IMG/VR virus record: IMGVR_UViG_3300032116_000009
Reading direction: 5' to 3' (one strand)
Source of the DNA: a virus
Lineage: Duplodnaviria; Caudoviricetes
Length of the DNA: 64,000 bases
The first letter of the stretch is position 1. Each line of letters opens with the position of its first letter. Under the pieces are notes generated by a model that was given only the letters and a program-made list of their open reading frames with translations, searched no databases and was not told the DNA's origin. Shown one piece after another: positions 29,181 through 38,034 of the stretch. A program made the translations under genes and the position numbers.

Positions 29181-29415
29181 AGTTTACCAAACTAGGAAAA
29201 GTTAGTTGAATTAATTTTGGAATTTCAATTGCGGCATAGAAAGCACACAATACAAGAATATCCCAAAACTTATACTTGATTGCAAAAGGAACGACAAAGA
29301 CATTGCCGATACATTTTACAAGTAATCCAACTTTAGGATCTCCCCATAACAGAACAAAATATCCTGAAAGAAGGAGGAGATTTCCAATGTATCGAAAAAG
29401 ATTCGATTTAGACAT
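29179..29415 (-). CDS. small multi-TM hypothetical protein
   Basis: Hydrophobic throughout. Confidence 0.65.
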   Translation of the reverse strand: MSKSNLFRYIGNLLLLSGYFVLLWGDPKVGLLVKCIGNVFVVPFAIKYKFWDILVLCAFYAAIEIPKLIQLTFPSLVN

Positions 29416-29441
29416 AAGGGGTTTGCTCCCGACCAGTGCTG

Positions 29442-29702
29442 TTATAGACCATCCGTGTCTTCATCATCCCGAACATAACAGGGAACTCGATCTGGATCTA
29501 ACCATTTCGCATACTCAATGTCTTCCATTGCAGTAGTACATTGTAGACCATTATCAAAAAGATAAATGTCATTCCAGCGTTTGGTATAAGAATCCTTTTT
29601 TTGCATTCTATAATCAGGCATACCATTGAGTTCAATGATACCTTTTTGAACAAACCTATATCCTTCTCTTTCAAGAAGAACTTTAGGGAGTGTTTCGATC
29701 AT
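29442..29702 (-). CDS. conserved hypothetical protein
   Basis: ORF track, operonic. Confidence 0.7.
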   Translation of the reverse strand: MIETLPKVLLEREGYRFVQKGIIELNGMPDYRMQKKDSYTKRWNDIYLFDNGLQCTTAMEDIEYAKWLDPDRVPCYVRDDEDTDGL

Positions 29703-29920
29703 TATGCAAGAACTCCTTCAGCTTCCAGATCATTATAAATGTATTCCATCAAGATTTCATAATCATCAAGAGGATCACCTGAAAACATTGCACCATTAGA
29801 TTCATAAAACCTACGAACTTTTTTGTAAAGTTTCGGATTCTTCACATCGAGATAAGATTCTCCATTCGCAGCAGACTTCAGGGTTTGAAGATCTTTTTTG
29901 AATTTAGCAGTGAGTGACAT
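29702..29920 (-). CDS. conserved hypothetical protein
   Basis: ORF track, operonic. Confidence 0.7.
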   Translation of the reverse strand: MSLTAKFKKDLQTLKSAANGESYLDVKNPKLYKKVRRFYESNGAMFSGDPLDDYEILMEYIYNDLEAEGVLA

Positions 29921-29997
29921 TTTTTTTGTTTTGTTTACCTTGTTATTATAGGGGTTAGACTTAGAGAAGTCAAGATGGACGGTTTAAAAACTGTCCA

Positions 29998-30070
29998 TGC
30001 TGGTTGAGGGGATCGAACCCACCTGAGACCGATTATGAGTCGGGCGCTTTCACCAGATAGCTAAACCAGC
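29998..30070 (-). tRNA. tRNA with CAU anticodon (Met or lysidine-type Ile2)
   Basis: GCUGGUU/AACCAGC, loop CUCAUAA. Confidence 0.9.
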
Positions 30071-30073
30071 AAG

Positions 30074-30145
30074 TAGGACTGCAGAGAATTGAACTCTGTT
30101 CACACCGTTATAAGCAGTGGGCCTTAACCAATAGGCGACAGTCCC
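30074..30145 (-). tRNA. tRNA-Ile(UAU)
   Basis: CACUG-CUUAUAA-CGGUG anticodon arm; A73. Confidence 0.85.
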
Positions 30146-30180
30146 ATAAAAACCCAGTTTAGTTTGGGTAAGTAAACTTG

Positions 30181-30393
30181 TCAAGTACCTTCTTCGTGGT
30201 CGGTATGTATTCGTATGAGTTCTTCATCCGAAGGAAGATCTTCAAATATTTTTACAACTTCTTTGTGTGGCACAATAATTGCGGTTCCGTGTTCACTAAC
30301 AATTCTAAAAGATTCACCATCTTCAACTCTATTAAAGAGTTCGTCGAATCTATTTTGGAATTCCTCAACCGTGAATTGTTCCATTGATTTCAT
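30181..30393 (-). CDS. Phd/YefM-like small protein
   Basis: TVEEFQNRFDELFNRVEDGESFRI resembles the Phd N-terminal pattern. Confidence 0.55.
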   Translation of the reverse strand: MKSMEQFTVEEFQNRFDELFNRVEDGESFRIVSEHGTAIIVPHKEVVKIFEDLPSDEELIRIHTDHEEGT

Positions 30394-30430
30394 TTCGTTA
30401 GACTTATTTTAACTTAGATTTTTACCGTTG

Positions 30431-31672
30431 TCAAGGGGCCTTTCTGATTTTTATTGCATCCCATATTCGTTGGAATTCTGGGAATGTTTCTATAACACTT
30501 TCATTTCTTAATTTATCAAACTTTCTCATCGATCTTAAGAAATCTGGTATCAATAATTGTTCTTGGTACAAATCTATGTAAGTTATTAGACTTTCAAAGA
30601 AAATTACACTCCTAGTAGATCCATTCGGTATTAAGAAATTATCAATATGATTTCTAATATTTTCTTTTGCAGCTTGTTTGGTTTTTTTATCCAATACCCA
30701 AACAGTCATTTCTCTTGGACCTTGCATGAAATTTAAGAAGAAGTAATCAATATTCTTCATTAGTCCACTATTATAAAGATATTGATGTAATGTAACAACA
30801 TCAAAAATATTCAATGCTTGGACTGTACAATCAAAATGCAATTCATGAGTATGTTCCTTATCTTTGAATCTTTCTCTAAATTGTTTTGCATGTGAAAGAA
30901 ACCTGTCCCACTTAAATCCTTTCCTAATCAATTCACCTCTTTTTCCTACACCATCAACACTTATATGCACTTCTACAGCGTTATTAAACTTATCCCACAA
31001 ATCGAAAATATGTCTTCCTTTATAAATTAGATTACTAAAGTTACTATTATAAGCAAGAGTAACTTCATCATTTTTACCTAGTTCAACTAATTTGTCTAAG
31101 ATTTTCCAATGTTCATCTATGATTAATGATTCTCCACCAGAGAAATATAAATGTTTAGCAACACCTAGATAAGGTTCTACTTCTTCATATGCTTTCTCAG
31201 ATGCGTTCCACCTTCCAGAAATCTTACCAGTTTGTTCTAATTCAAAACTAGAACTGGAGGTTACACTACACATCCTACACTTGAAGTTACATTTACTACT
31301 CAGTTTTACATCCCATTGAACAAATCCAGGTTCTGTAACTGAGTAATCATCATTTGTTTTATAAACAAATTCAGGATAATCTCTAAACAAACTACCATTT
31401 AAGTCTTGTCTGAGGGAACTCTTTCCAGCCTTTTCATTAACATAACATACCTCACAATTTTTATGAGGTACTCCATTAAGCATGTTTTCTCTAAGTTTCT
31501 TTATGGGATCATCATTCCAAATTTCCCATAAAGATTTTTGTTTGATATCTCCATAAAGATATTCAGAAACACAACAAGGCTTCACTTCACCATCTTGACG
31601 AATATCTAGATTCATCCAAGGTGCAACACAAAAAACTTTACCGTTTACATTAATTCTACTTGTATCAATCAT
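30431..31672 (-). CDS. twitch/SPASM-domain radical SAM protein
   Basis: N-terminal C..PW..G.VKPCC...C..C, then CNFKCRMC and SGGE. Confidence 0.9.
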   Translation of the reverse strand: MIDTSRINVNGKVFCVAPWMNLDIRQDGEVKPCCVSEYLYGDIKQKSLWEIWNDDPIKKLRENMLNGVPHKNCEVCYVNEKAGKSSLRQDLNGSLFRDYPEFVYKTNDDYSVTEPGFVQWDVKLSSKCNFKCRMCSVTSSSSFELEQTGKISGRWNASEKAYEEVEPYLGVAKHLYFSGGESLIIDEHWKILDKLVELGKNDEVTLAYNSNFSNLIYKGRHIFDLWDKFNNAVEVHISVDGVGKRGELIRKGFKWDRFLSHAKQFRERFKDKEHTHELHFDCTVQALNIFDVVTLHQYLYNSGLMKNIDYFFLNFMQGPREMTVWVLDKKTKQAAKENIRNHIDNFLIPNGSTRSVIFFESLITYIDLYQEQLLIPDFLRSMRKFDKLRNESVIETFPEFQRIWDAIKIRKAP

Positions 31673-32963
31673 TGCCCAGAACTCTCTCTAATTCAGGAAA
31701 AACTTCTAAAGAATTTTCATTCCGTATACTATCTAGTGCAGACATATAAGCTTTAAAATGCGGAATTAGATTATCTTTCTTATCTGTAGATAAAAGTTTA
31801 AGAATCGATATGTATTGTTTAATTGATTCTTGTGCCTTTGCTGGTACAAGATAATTTTCTATATGATATTTAATCTTTTCTCCAAGTAGTTTTCTTGACT
31901 TAGAATCAAGAATAAGAACTGACATGAAATCTGGATTATGCAAAATACACAAAGAAAATTCATCCCAACTCTTAATTATTCCTCTGAGGTAAAGCTCTTT
32001 ATGAGCATCCATAACATGGAAACAGTTCATTGCCTGAACAACAAAATTAATTCTCACATTATTATGAGGAAATCTACTTCTAAAAAGTTTGAAGTTATTT
32101 AGAAACTTTTGCCAATCAAATCCTTTACGGATTAACTCACCTCTTTTTCCAATTCCATCCAAACTAATCATAATATGAACGTCTTCAAATTTATCCCACA
32201 AATCAAGAACATTAGTCCCTTTATATATGAGAGTACTGAAGTTGGTATTATATCGAATAGGAACATTAGTCTTACCTTTTTCGATTAGTTTGTTCAATAT
32301 TTCGTAGTGGTGATCAGCAATTAGAGGTTCTCCACCGGCAAAATATACTTCTTCAACAATATCATACAATGGTTCAATATCATGACGAACCATGTCCATA
32401 TCAATTTTTGGAAACTCCCCCTTAATATCAAATTCTTTTCTCATTTCTTGTTCCCAGGCACTACTGCAACCAGGACCGCACATTCTGCATTTAAAGTTAC
32501 AGATATTGTTTAATCTAAAATCCCAATATACAAGATTGAACCTTTCAAAAGTACCATCCTCTTTAGTTTCTTTGACATACTTATAATGTTTTGAATAATT
32601 ATTATTCATAGTATTTCTCAAAGAAGAATGTCCAACTTCTTCTTCTTTATAACAAGATGTGCAGAAACTGGATTTTTTTCCTGCCATCATATTTCTACGA
32701 AGTTCTCGCATCTTATCATTGTTCCAAATCTCCTGAAGAGACTCATTCATCAATGAACCAACACGAAAATCTCTAGGATGACCTTCGCATTCAGAAGCAA
32801 TATACTTTAATGGATTTTCTTGTTCATATACATTATCTTCTTGACCATCAATACTTGTATCACTTTCACATATGGGCAATAGACAACATGGATATACATC
32901 ACCATTAGGATTGATGTTCATATGAACCCAAGGAGCCATGCAAAAAGTTTTATTCTTATTCAT
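31665..32963 (-). CDS. twitch/SPASM-domain radical SAM protein (paralogue)
   Basis: CMAPW..GDVYPCC...C..C, CNFKCRMC, AGGEP. Confidence 0.9.
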   Translation of the reverse strand: MNKNKTFCMAPWVHMNINPNGDVYPCCLLPICESDTSIDGQEDNVYEQENPLKYIASECEGHPRDFRVGSLMNESLQEIWNNDKMRELRRNMMAGKKSSFCTSCYKEEEVGHSSLRNTMNNNYSKHYKYVKETKEDGTFERFNLVYWDFRLNNICNFKCRMCGPGCSSAWEQEMRKEFDIKGEFPKIDMDMVRHDIEPLYDIVEEVYFAGGEPLIADHHYEILNKLIEKGKTNVPIRYNTNFSTLIYKGTNVLDLWDKFEDVHIMISLDGIGKRGELIRKGFDWQKFLNNFKLFRSRFPHNNVRINFVVQAMNCFHVMDAHKELYLRGIIKSWDEFSLCILHNPDFMSVLILDSKSRKLLGEKIKYHIENYLVPAKAQESIKQYISILKLLSTDKKDNLIPHFKAYMSALDSIRNENSLEVFPELERVLGND

Positions 32964-32994
32964 AACAATTTTGAATTTGATGAATCAAAATTAA

Positions 32995-33068
32995 TCCGAG
33001 TTGAGGGATTTGAACCCCCGGCCCTCTGCTCCCAAAGCAGATGCGCTACCAAACTGCGCTAAACCCGG
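32995..33068 (-). tRNA. tRNA-Pro(UGG)
   Basis: UCUGC-UUUGGGA-GCAGA. Confidence 0.93.
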
Positions 33069-33181
33069 TTACCTATTTCTATGTATAAACATAATACCAG
33101 CAAATGGCACGATTGTCAAGCCACATCCACATAAAAAAAGAAATAAAGAACTAGATGCAAGTGTCTCTACAATATGGAAAA

Positions 33182-33466
33182 TCATCTTCCTCTCCAATTT
33201 TTATACTCGTAGTAAAAATATTGGTCTGCCTCATCTAGACCACTCAAAGGTGCGTGAACATCCCAATAGGACCATTCGATACAAAACTGTTTGATATGCA
33301 TATCATTCATTGTAGTTTTTACTCCAAGCATCCTTGAAAATGAAGATGAAGCAAACCAATATCTCTGCCTAATGTGCGGTTCCATTTCCCTTATAGTCTT
33401 TGGAGTCATAGTATCCTCCTCTTGTTCCGAAATAGAGTGTTGATAAGACAAAAGGAATAGCAACAA
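33182..33466 (-). CDS. hypothetical protein (true start probably MTPKT)
   Basis: ORF track. Confidence 0.6.
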   Translation of the reverse strand: MLLFLLSYQHSISEQEEDTMTPKTIREMEPHIRQRYWFASSSFSRMLGVKTTMNDMHIKQFCIEWSYWDVHAPLSGLDEADQYFYYEYKNWRGR

Positions 33467-33477
33467 ATAAAAGTGCT

Positions 33478-34512
33478 TTACCTAACATGATGACCTCCAA
33501 ACATATAACGCATACCGTTTAAAATCTTGGCTCCGAAAGTACCGAGATTGCGCGAATTAAATCTTTCAAAAAGGGCAGTAGTAATAACAGGAGCGGGAAC
33601 CCCCAGGTCCACAGCGGCAGAAACAGTCCAACGACCCTCACCGCTATCGGATACGCCTCCAGAGAACTGTTTAAGGCTACCATCCCTGCGTAACACATCA
33701 GCAGTAAGATCAAGTAACCAACTACCAACAACGCTACCGCGACGCCATAACTCAGCCACCTCAGCAACGTCAATATCATAGCAATAACTTTCAGGATCCG
33801 ACATTGGAGCGACTTCTGCATCTCCCTCTCTAACATACTTTGCACCTGCATTGGCGTTCTTAATAATATTAAATCCCTCAGCATATGCCTGCATTATTCC
33901 GTATTCTATTCCATTATGAACCATCTTCACAAAGTGTCCTGCACCTGGACCACCACAATGCAACCAACCATATTCAGATGAAGTTATAGGTGAGTCAAAT
34001 TGAGTCCTGGGGGCAGCATTGATTCCTGGGGAGAGTGCATCAAAAATGCGCGAACAAGTGGAGACCGCAGTATTTCCGCCACCAACCATAAGACAGTATC
34101 CACGATCCAAACCATAAACACCGCCGCTAGTACCACAATCAATATATTGGATACCAAGTTTTGCCAGACGTTCTGCTCTTTTCCGACTGTCTTTAAAATT
34201 GCTATTGCCATGATCAATAATAATATCTCCTTCACTACAATATCGTAGTAACTCATTGATCGTCTCCTCTACGGTTTCGGCAGGGACAACCATCTGAAAG
34301 ATTCCTGGTTGTGTTCCACCATTTTTATTTTGTTTAACTACTTTAACAAGGCTTTCAATATTAGTTGCAATTCCATTAACAAATCCCTTTTCAAAGGTTT
34401 CGTTTGCTTTTTCATAATTTCTACGATATCCCCAAACTTCAATACCTGCTTTCATCATACGGCGAGACATACCTTCGCCCATTCTTCCAAGTCCGATTAG
34501 TCCTACTTTCAT
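33478..34512 (-). CDS. gnd: 6-phosphogluconate dehydrogenase (short form)
   Basis: GLGRMG, IDHGNS, DCGTSGG, GAGHFVKMVHNGIEY, DSGEGRW, FGGH. Confidence 0.97.
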   Translation of the reverse strand: MKVGLIGLGRMGEGMSRRMMKAGIEVWGYRRNYEKANETFEKGFVNGIATNIESLVKVVKQNKNGGTQPGIFQMVVPAETVEETINELLRYCSEGDIIIDHGNSNFKDSRKRAERLAKLGIQYIDCGTSGGVYGLDRGYCLMVGGGNTAVSTCSRIFDALSPGINAAPRTQFDSPITSSEYGWLHCGGPGAGHFVKMVHNGIEYGIMQAYAEGFNIIKNANAGAKYVREGDAEVAPMSDPESYCYDIDVAEVAELWRRGSVVGSWLLDLTADVLRRDGSLKQFSGGVSDSGEGRWTVSAAVDLGVPAPVITTALFERFNSRNLGTFGAKILNGMRYMFGGHHVR

Positions 34513-34600
34513 ACTGTTTTCCTAGTAAGCGTGTGTAAGTCCCCAATAAATCCACAACCCTATAAGGGTTGCATATATCAGTGATAGTGCAAATATTGTC

Positions 34601-34891
34601 TTAATCATCTTCTTCATCCTCGTAAGTAGATGGTTCTTCAAAGAGTTCTTCCATTTTTTGTTGAAAAACTCTTTGATGTAGTTCTTGCAAATCTTCTTCT
34701 GTGAATCTAACCACTAGTAATGGATCTCCTGCCTTAACGTCGTTTAATTCTGGATGTTTAACTTTTGGACTTTTTGAATACCCATGATGAGCATTCATAA
34801 TCATCCAACCTTGTACAAACATAGAAAGAGAAATAACCAAAAGAACAAACCACGGAACCAAAAAAATTAATTCAGAGTGATTTTGAGCCAT
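34601..34891 (-). CDS. hypothetical membrane protein
   Basis: TM helix plus HPEL..VK.GD.LLVV. Confidence 0.65.
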   Translation of the reverse strand: MAQNHSELIFLVPWFVLLVISLSMFVQGWMIMNAHHGYSKSPKVKHPELNDVKAGDPLLVVRFTEEDLQELHQRVFQQKMEELFEEPSTYEDEEDD

Positions 34892-35070
34892 GGTAGTAAA
34901 GGAGGAATAACTCCAACCAATCTCAAAAGTCCCTCAGCAAATAAAGCAAGAACCACCCAACCGACGCACATACTAATGATAGAAGCATTACGGTTGTGTC
35001 GTCGTATTGCTGCATCGATCATCTCCTGAACTTCAGAACGTGTAATTAATTCATCTTGTTCGTGCATCAT
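34867..35070 (-). CDS. hypothetical membrane protein
   Basis: C-terminal hydrophobic helix. Confidence 0.6.
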   Translation of the reverse strand: MMHEQDELITRSEVQEMIDAAIRRHNRNASIISMCVGWVVLALFAEGLLRLVGVIPPLLPWLKITLN

Positions 35071-35330
35071 TTTTCATCTCCAAAAAACTTTGCAAGAGGG
35101 TCTCTTTTAGTTTTTACAATCTCACATGCTCTTTTATAAAACATATTGTCAAGATTTCCAGAAGCCTCAAAGGTCTCTTTGATCTTTACCCAATTATTAT
35201 AGGTATGATCGTCCATGTTATTATTGAGTTGTACATGGCTATATACTAATCACCCAGCCTTTATTGTCAACGTTATGTGTTGATTTGCAAAAAGTGTTTA
35301 AGTAATTGTTAAATTTGTAACTATTCTAAA

Positions 35331-35415
35331 CGGAAAGGGTGGGATTCGAACCCACGGAGGCTTTCACCTCGGCAGTTTTCAAGACTGCTACCTTAAACCA
35401 CTCGGTCACCTTTCC
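35331..35415 (-). tRNA. tRNA-Ser(UGA)
   Basis: Long variable arm, loop CUUGAAA, G73. Confidence 0.95.
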
Positions 35416-35418
35416 AAA

Positions 35419-35510
35419 CGGAGGATGTTGGATTTGAACCAACGGATGCACTTAAAGTACATCGGGGGATTAGCAATCCCCTGCATTAAACCTAACTCTG
35501 CCAATCCTCC
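35419..35510 (-). tRNA. tRNA-Ser(GCU)
   Basis: GGGGA-UUGCUAA-UCCCC, long variable arm. Confidence 0.95.
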
Positions 35511-35761
35511 TATCGGATTTCAAAATCCAGTTTACGAACCTTACGGGCCCTTCTGGACTCTTGATATGCAAGATCTGACGCACTAAGTACACCAGAATTC
35601 TTAGTTTCCTTAACTGAGTTTAACATGACTACTTGATTTAAGTCAACAGCAGTAATAGTATCTCCTTTTACAAGAGTCATATTATCACATCCACAACACA
35701 CGGCTTTAGTTGGATGAGACTCCAACTCGGTGTTACACACCTTACATCTTACTCTTAACAT
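35510..35761 (-). CDS. hypothetical Zn-ribbon-like protein
   Basis: CKVC...CCGC. Confidence 0.65.
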   Translation of the reverse strand: MLRVRCKVCNTELESHPTKAVCCGCDNMTLVKGDTITAVDLNQVVMLNSVKETKNSGVLSASDLAYQESRRARKVRKLDFEIR

Positions 35762-35781
35762 TGTACTATACCTTTAATTAA

Positions 35782-36318
35782 TCAATCTTCGGTAGGTTCC
35801 TCTACTATTTCTTCTGTAGTTTCTTCTACAATTTCATCTTCTAACTCTTCAATCTCATTTACTTCTTCTTTTAATCCAGGAGAAGACTCCAAATAAGACC
35901 TCAACATCCAAACAAATTTACCATGAGATTCGTTTAGATCATCTGCAAGATTTGAAGTTGCTCTTGACTTCTGTTCATCAGCTTCTTCAGCAACTTCAGT
36001 AAGAAGATCACAAAGATCTTGATTTGATTTTAACAGATCTTTAACCATCTTATGGCAATCTGTTGTACTTTGACCCGTTTTGACTTTTGATACTTCTAAA
36101 ACTCTCTCTAGACTGTTAAGAGGTTTTACATTTAAGAACCTCATATGTTCAGAGATGCGATCAATTTCTTCAAACATTGTTTCATATTGACCACCAAAAA
36201 GGGTATGAAGTTGTGGAAAATCTTCTCCTACTACATTCCAATGATAGGCCCAGGTCTTATGGAATAAGACAAAAAGTGATGCCTGAGCATCACTCAATAG
36301 TTTAAAAAGTTTTTCCAT
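35782..36318 (-). CDS. dps: Dps/ferritin-like DNA-protection protein with acidic tail
   Basis: HWNVVG..F..LH.LF..QY.....ID.ISE, H.KF.WML. Confidence 0.92.
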   Translation of the reverse strand: MEKLFKLLSDAQASLFVLFHKTWAYHWNVVGEDFPQLHTLFGGQYETMFEEIDRISEHMRFLNVKPLNSLERVLEVSKVKTGQSTTDCHKMVKDLLKSNQDLCDLLTEVAEEADEQKSRATSNLADDLNESHGKFVWMLRSYLESSPGLKEEVNEIEELEDEIVEETTEEIVEEPTED

Positions 36319-36350
36319 TATATCAAAAATACTTTAGAAGTATTTAGTAA

Positions 36351-36422
36351 TGGGAGATACTGGATTCGAACCAGTGACTTCACACTTGTAAGGAGCGCAC
36401 TCTACCGCTGAGTTAATCTCCC
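36351..36422 (-). tRNA. tRNA-Val(UAC)
   Basis: Loop CUUACAA, A73. Confidence 0.92.
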
Positions 36423-36630
36423 GTTAGGGGTGGGGGGTGAGAATTGGCTTTACTCACAACCGGGAAGGTTTCACTAGCCTAACGTTATTCCCAGTACTTA
36501 GGTTCTCTCAGGTAGAGAGTTCTATACCTTTGATTTCTCAACGATACAGCGGGCACCACCCCTAACCTACTACATTACTCCGTACATAACCACAGGAGTT
36601 ATTCTGTCACACCCAGAGAACTTCCGTCGA
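36423..36630 (-). ncRNA. about 200-nt structured RNA between tRNAs, resembling the manA RNA motif
   Basis: Perfect 11-bp long-range helix 36423-36433/36556-36566; no ORF; family identity from recall. Confidence 0.55.
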
Positions 36631-36640
36631 AATTCTCAAG

Positions 36641-36712
36641 AGCGGAATACCGGATTCGAACCGGTGACATCCAACTTGGAAGGATGGCGTTCTACCACTG
36701 AACTAATTCCGC
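36641..36712 (-). tRNA. tRNA-Gly(UCC)
   Basis: Loop CUUCCAA, U73. Confidence 0.93.
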
Positions 36713-36750
36713 ATGTACCAATTATAAACTATGTAGTTTAGATTGGCAAG

Positions 36751-36832
36751 TGTCGGTGAAAGGACTTGAACCTTCACGGATTACTCCATATGGGCCTAAA
36801 CCATACGCGGCTACCAATTACGCCACACCGAC
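36751..36832 (-). tRNA. tRNA-Leu(UAG)
   Basis: UAUGG-UUUAGGC-CCAUA, long variable arm. Confidence 0.93.
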
Positions 36833-36892
36833 AGTTGGTGACTTCGGATATGATGATCCCGAAGTCTTATGAAAGAACTTATGTCCTTTCAA

Positions 36893-36965
36893 CTCCCCCA
36901 CCTGGACTCGAACCAGGAACCCCAGAGTTAACAGCTCCGTGCTCTGCCAATTGAGCTATAAGGGA
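36893..36965 (-). tRNA. tRNA-Asn(GUU)
   Basis: Loop CUGUUAA, G73. Confidence 0.93.
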
Positions 36966-36970
36966 ATGTG

Positions 36971-37047
36971 TGCCGTTGTGGGGGAATCGAACCCCTACTT
37001 CTCTAACTCCCTTGTCGGGGTGTCCTGACCACTAGACTACCAACGGC
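36971..37047 (-). ncRNA. aberrant tRNA-like element without a canonical anticodon loop
   Basis: Intact acceptor (GCCGUUG/CAACGGC-A), D-arm and T-loop UUCGAUU; central arm CCCCGACAAGGG. Confidence 0.7.
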
Positions 37048-37050
37048 ATT

Positions 37051-37125
37051 TGGTGGCGGGGGGAGGAATTGAACCTCCTTCCTGAAGCTTATGAGACTTC
37101 TGTGCAACCGTTACACTTCCCCACA
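37051..37125 (-). tRNA. tRNA-Met(CAU), 1:72 mismatch (initiator-like), CCA encoded
   Basis: GAAGU-CUCAUAA-GCUUC; lacks the three G-C anticodon-stem pairs typical of fMet. Confidence 0.85.
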
Positions 37126-37139
37126 ATGATAGCAGCATT

Positions 37140-37365
37140 TCACTGCTCGTAACACTTTCTTTACAGGGCTGTTATCACCCCGTCTCTCTAAACTAGGGCA
37201 GTAGACTTACTGCGAGAGAATGCAACGATGTTGTTTGCGTTTGTTTTTTGTCCCGTCAACAGATACAACCTTACTACCCCGTCGAAACCTTGGCAACCCC
37301 TTGCAATGGAGTTGTGGGGAGTCGAACCCCAGTCCGAAGCAACAGAATTTGCATCCTCTTGAACA
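37140..37365 (-). ncRNA. ssrA: circularly permuted two-piece tmRNA; tag ANNIVAFSRSKSTALV* at 37238-37188
   Basis: T-arm and 3' acceptor strand (UGGGG-UUCGACU-CCCCA-CAACUCC-A, ends 37307) precede the 5' strand GGGGUUGCCAAGGUUUCGAC (starts 37300); G3:U70; cyanobacterial-type ANNIV tag. Confidence 0.9.
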
Positions 37366-37371
37366 TAGTAT

Positions 37372-37400
37372 ATAGTATCAGAAAATTGTTCGGTTGTCAA
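37372..37400 (-). promoter_or_regulatory. sigma70 promoter of tmRNA, TTGACA-N17-TACTAT with extended -10 TG
   Basis: Read directly. Confidence 0.75.
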
Positions 37401-37487
37401 CGGAGAGAGAGGGATTTGAACCCTCGGTGAAATTACTCCCACACAGACTTTCCAGGTCTGCTCCTTAAGCCACTCGGACACCTCTCC
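37401..37487 (-). tRNA. tRNA-Ser(GGA)
   Basis: CAGAC-CUGGAAA-GUCUG, long variable arm. Confidence 0.95.
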
Positions 37488-37525
37488 AGTAGAAACATCA
37501 TACCATAGACATGATGTTTGTCAAG

Positions 37526-37996
37526 TCATACAAAAATATATTCTTTCCATTCTGCAACTCTACTTTTCTGAAGATCTAAAACGACTTTACTAAAAGGAGC
37601 ATGAGGAATCTTTTTTAAAGCCATGTTAGTTTCTTTAAGAAGAAGATTTCCTTTTTTGGAATTACATGATGCACAACAAGTTACTAAATTTTCCCAAGTA
37701 TCTTCTCCACCTCTGGACCTAGGAATAACATGATCTATTGTTAGATTAGTTTTAGATCCACAGTATTGACACTCATTATCGTCTCTTTTATAGATCATAG
37801 ATCTAGTTGGATAATCAGTTTTACCGTGTGTGAAGGGCAATTTTACATAATTAACTAAACGAATAATTCTTTTTGTAATTAGTTTTGCTTTTTCTTTGAA
37901 CAAGAGTACTATGGCTCTTTTCCAATTTGTAAAGTGAATTGGTTCATAGGAGCTGTTCAGAACCAATATTGTTGAATGTGGTTCTACTATTTCCAT
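37526..37996 (-). CDS. HNH endonuclease
   Basis: RD...CQYCG....[26 protein letters not shown]. Confidence 0.95.
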   Translation of the reverse strand: MEIVEPHSTILVLNSSYEPIHFTNWKRAIVLLFKEKAKLITKRIIRLVNYVKLPFTHGKTDYPTRSMIYKRDDNECQYCGSKTNLTIDHVIPRSRGGEDTWENLVTCCASCNSKKGNLLLKETNMALKKIPHAPFSKVVLDLQKSRVAEWKEYIFV

Positions 37997-38034
37997 CTTT
38001 ACATACCTATACCTCTGATATTTAGATTTTTAAA

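Noticed and set aside
36833-36892. Two small hairpins between tRNA-Leu and tRNA-Asn (similar hairpin at 39177-39200)
   Set aside because: Too short to distinguish from processing spacers; no HDV/theta-ribozyme topology could be drawn by eye
36971-37047. Selenocysteine tRNA
   Set aside because: No UCA anticodon and no long paired variable arm; kept only as a tRNA-like element
37188-37481. 97-aa ORF
   Set aside because: It runs through tRNA-Ser and tmRNA; only the last 16 codons are meaningful, as the tmRNA tag
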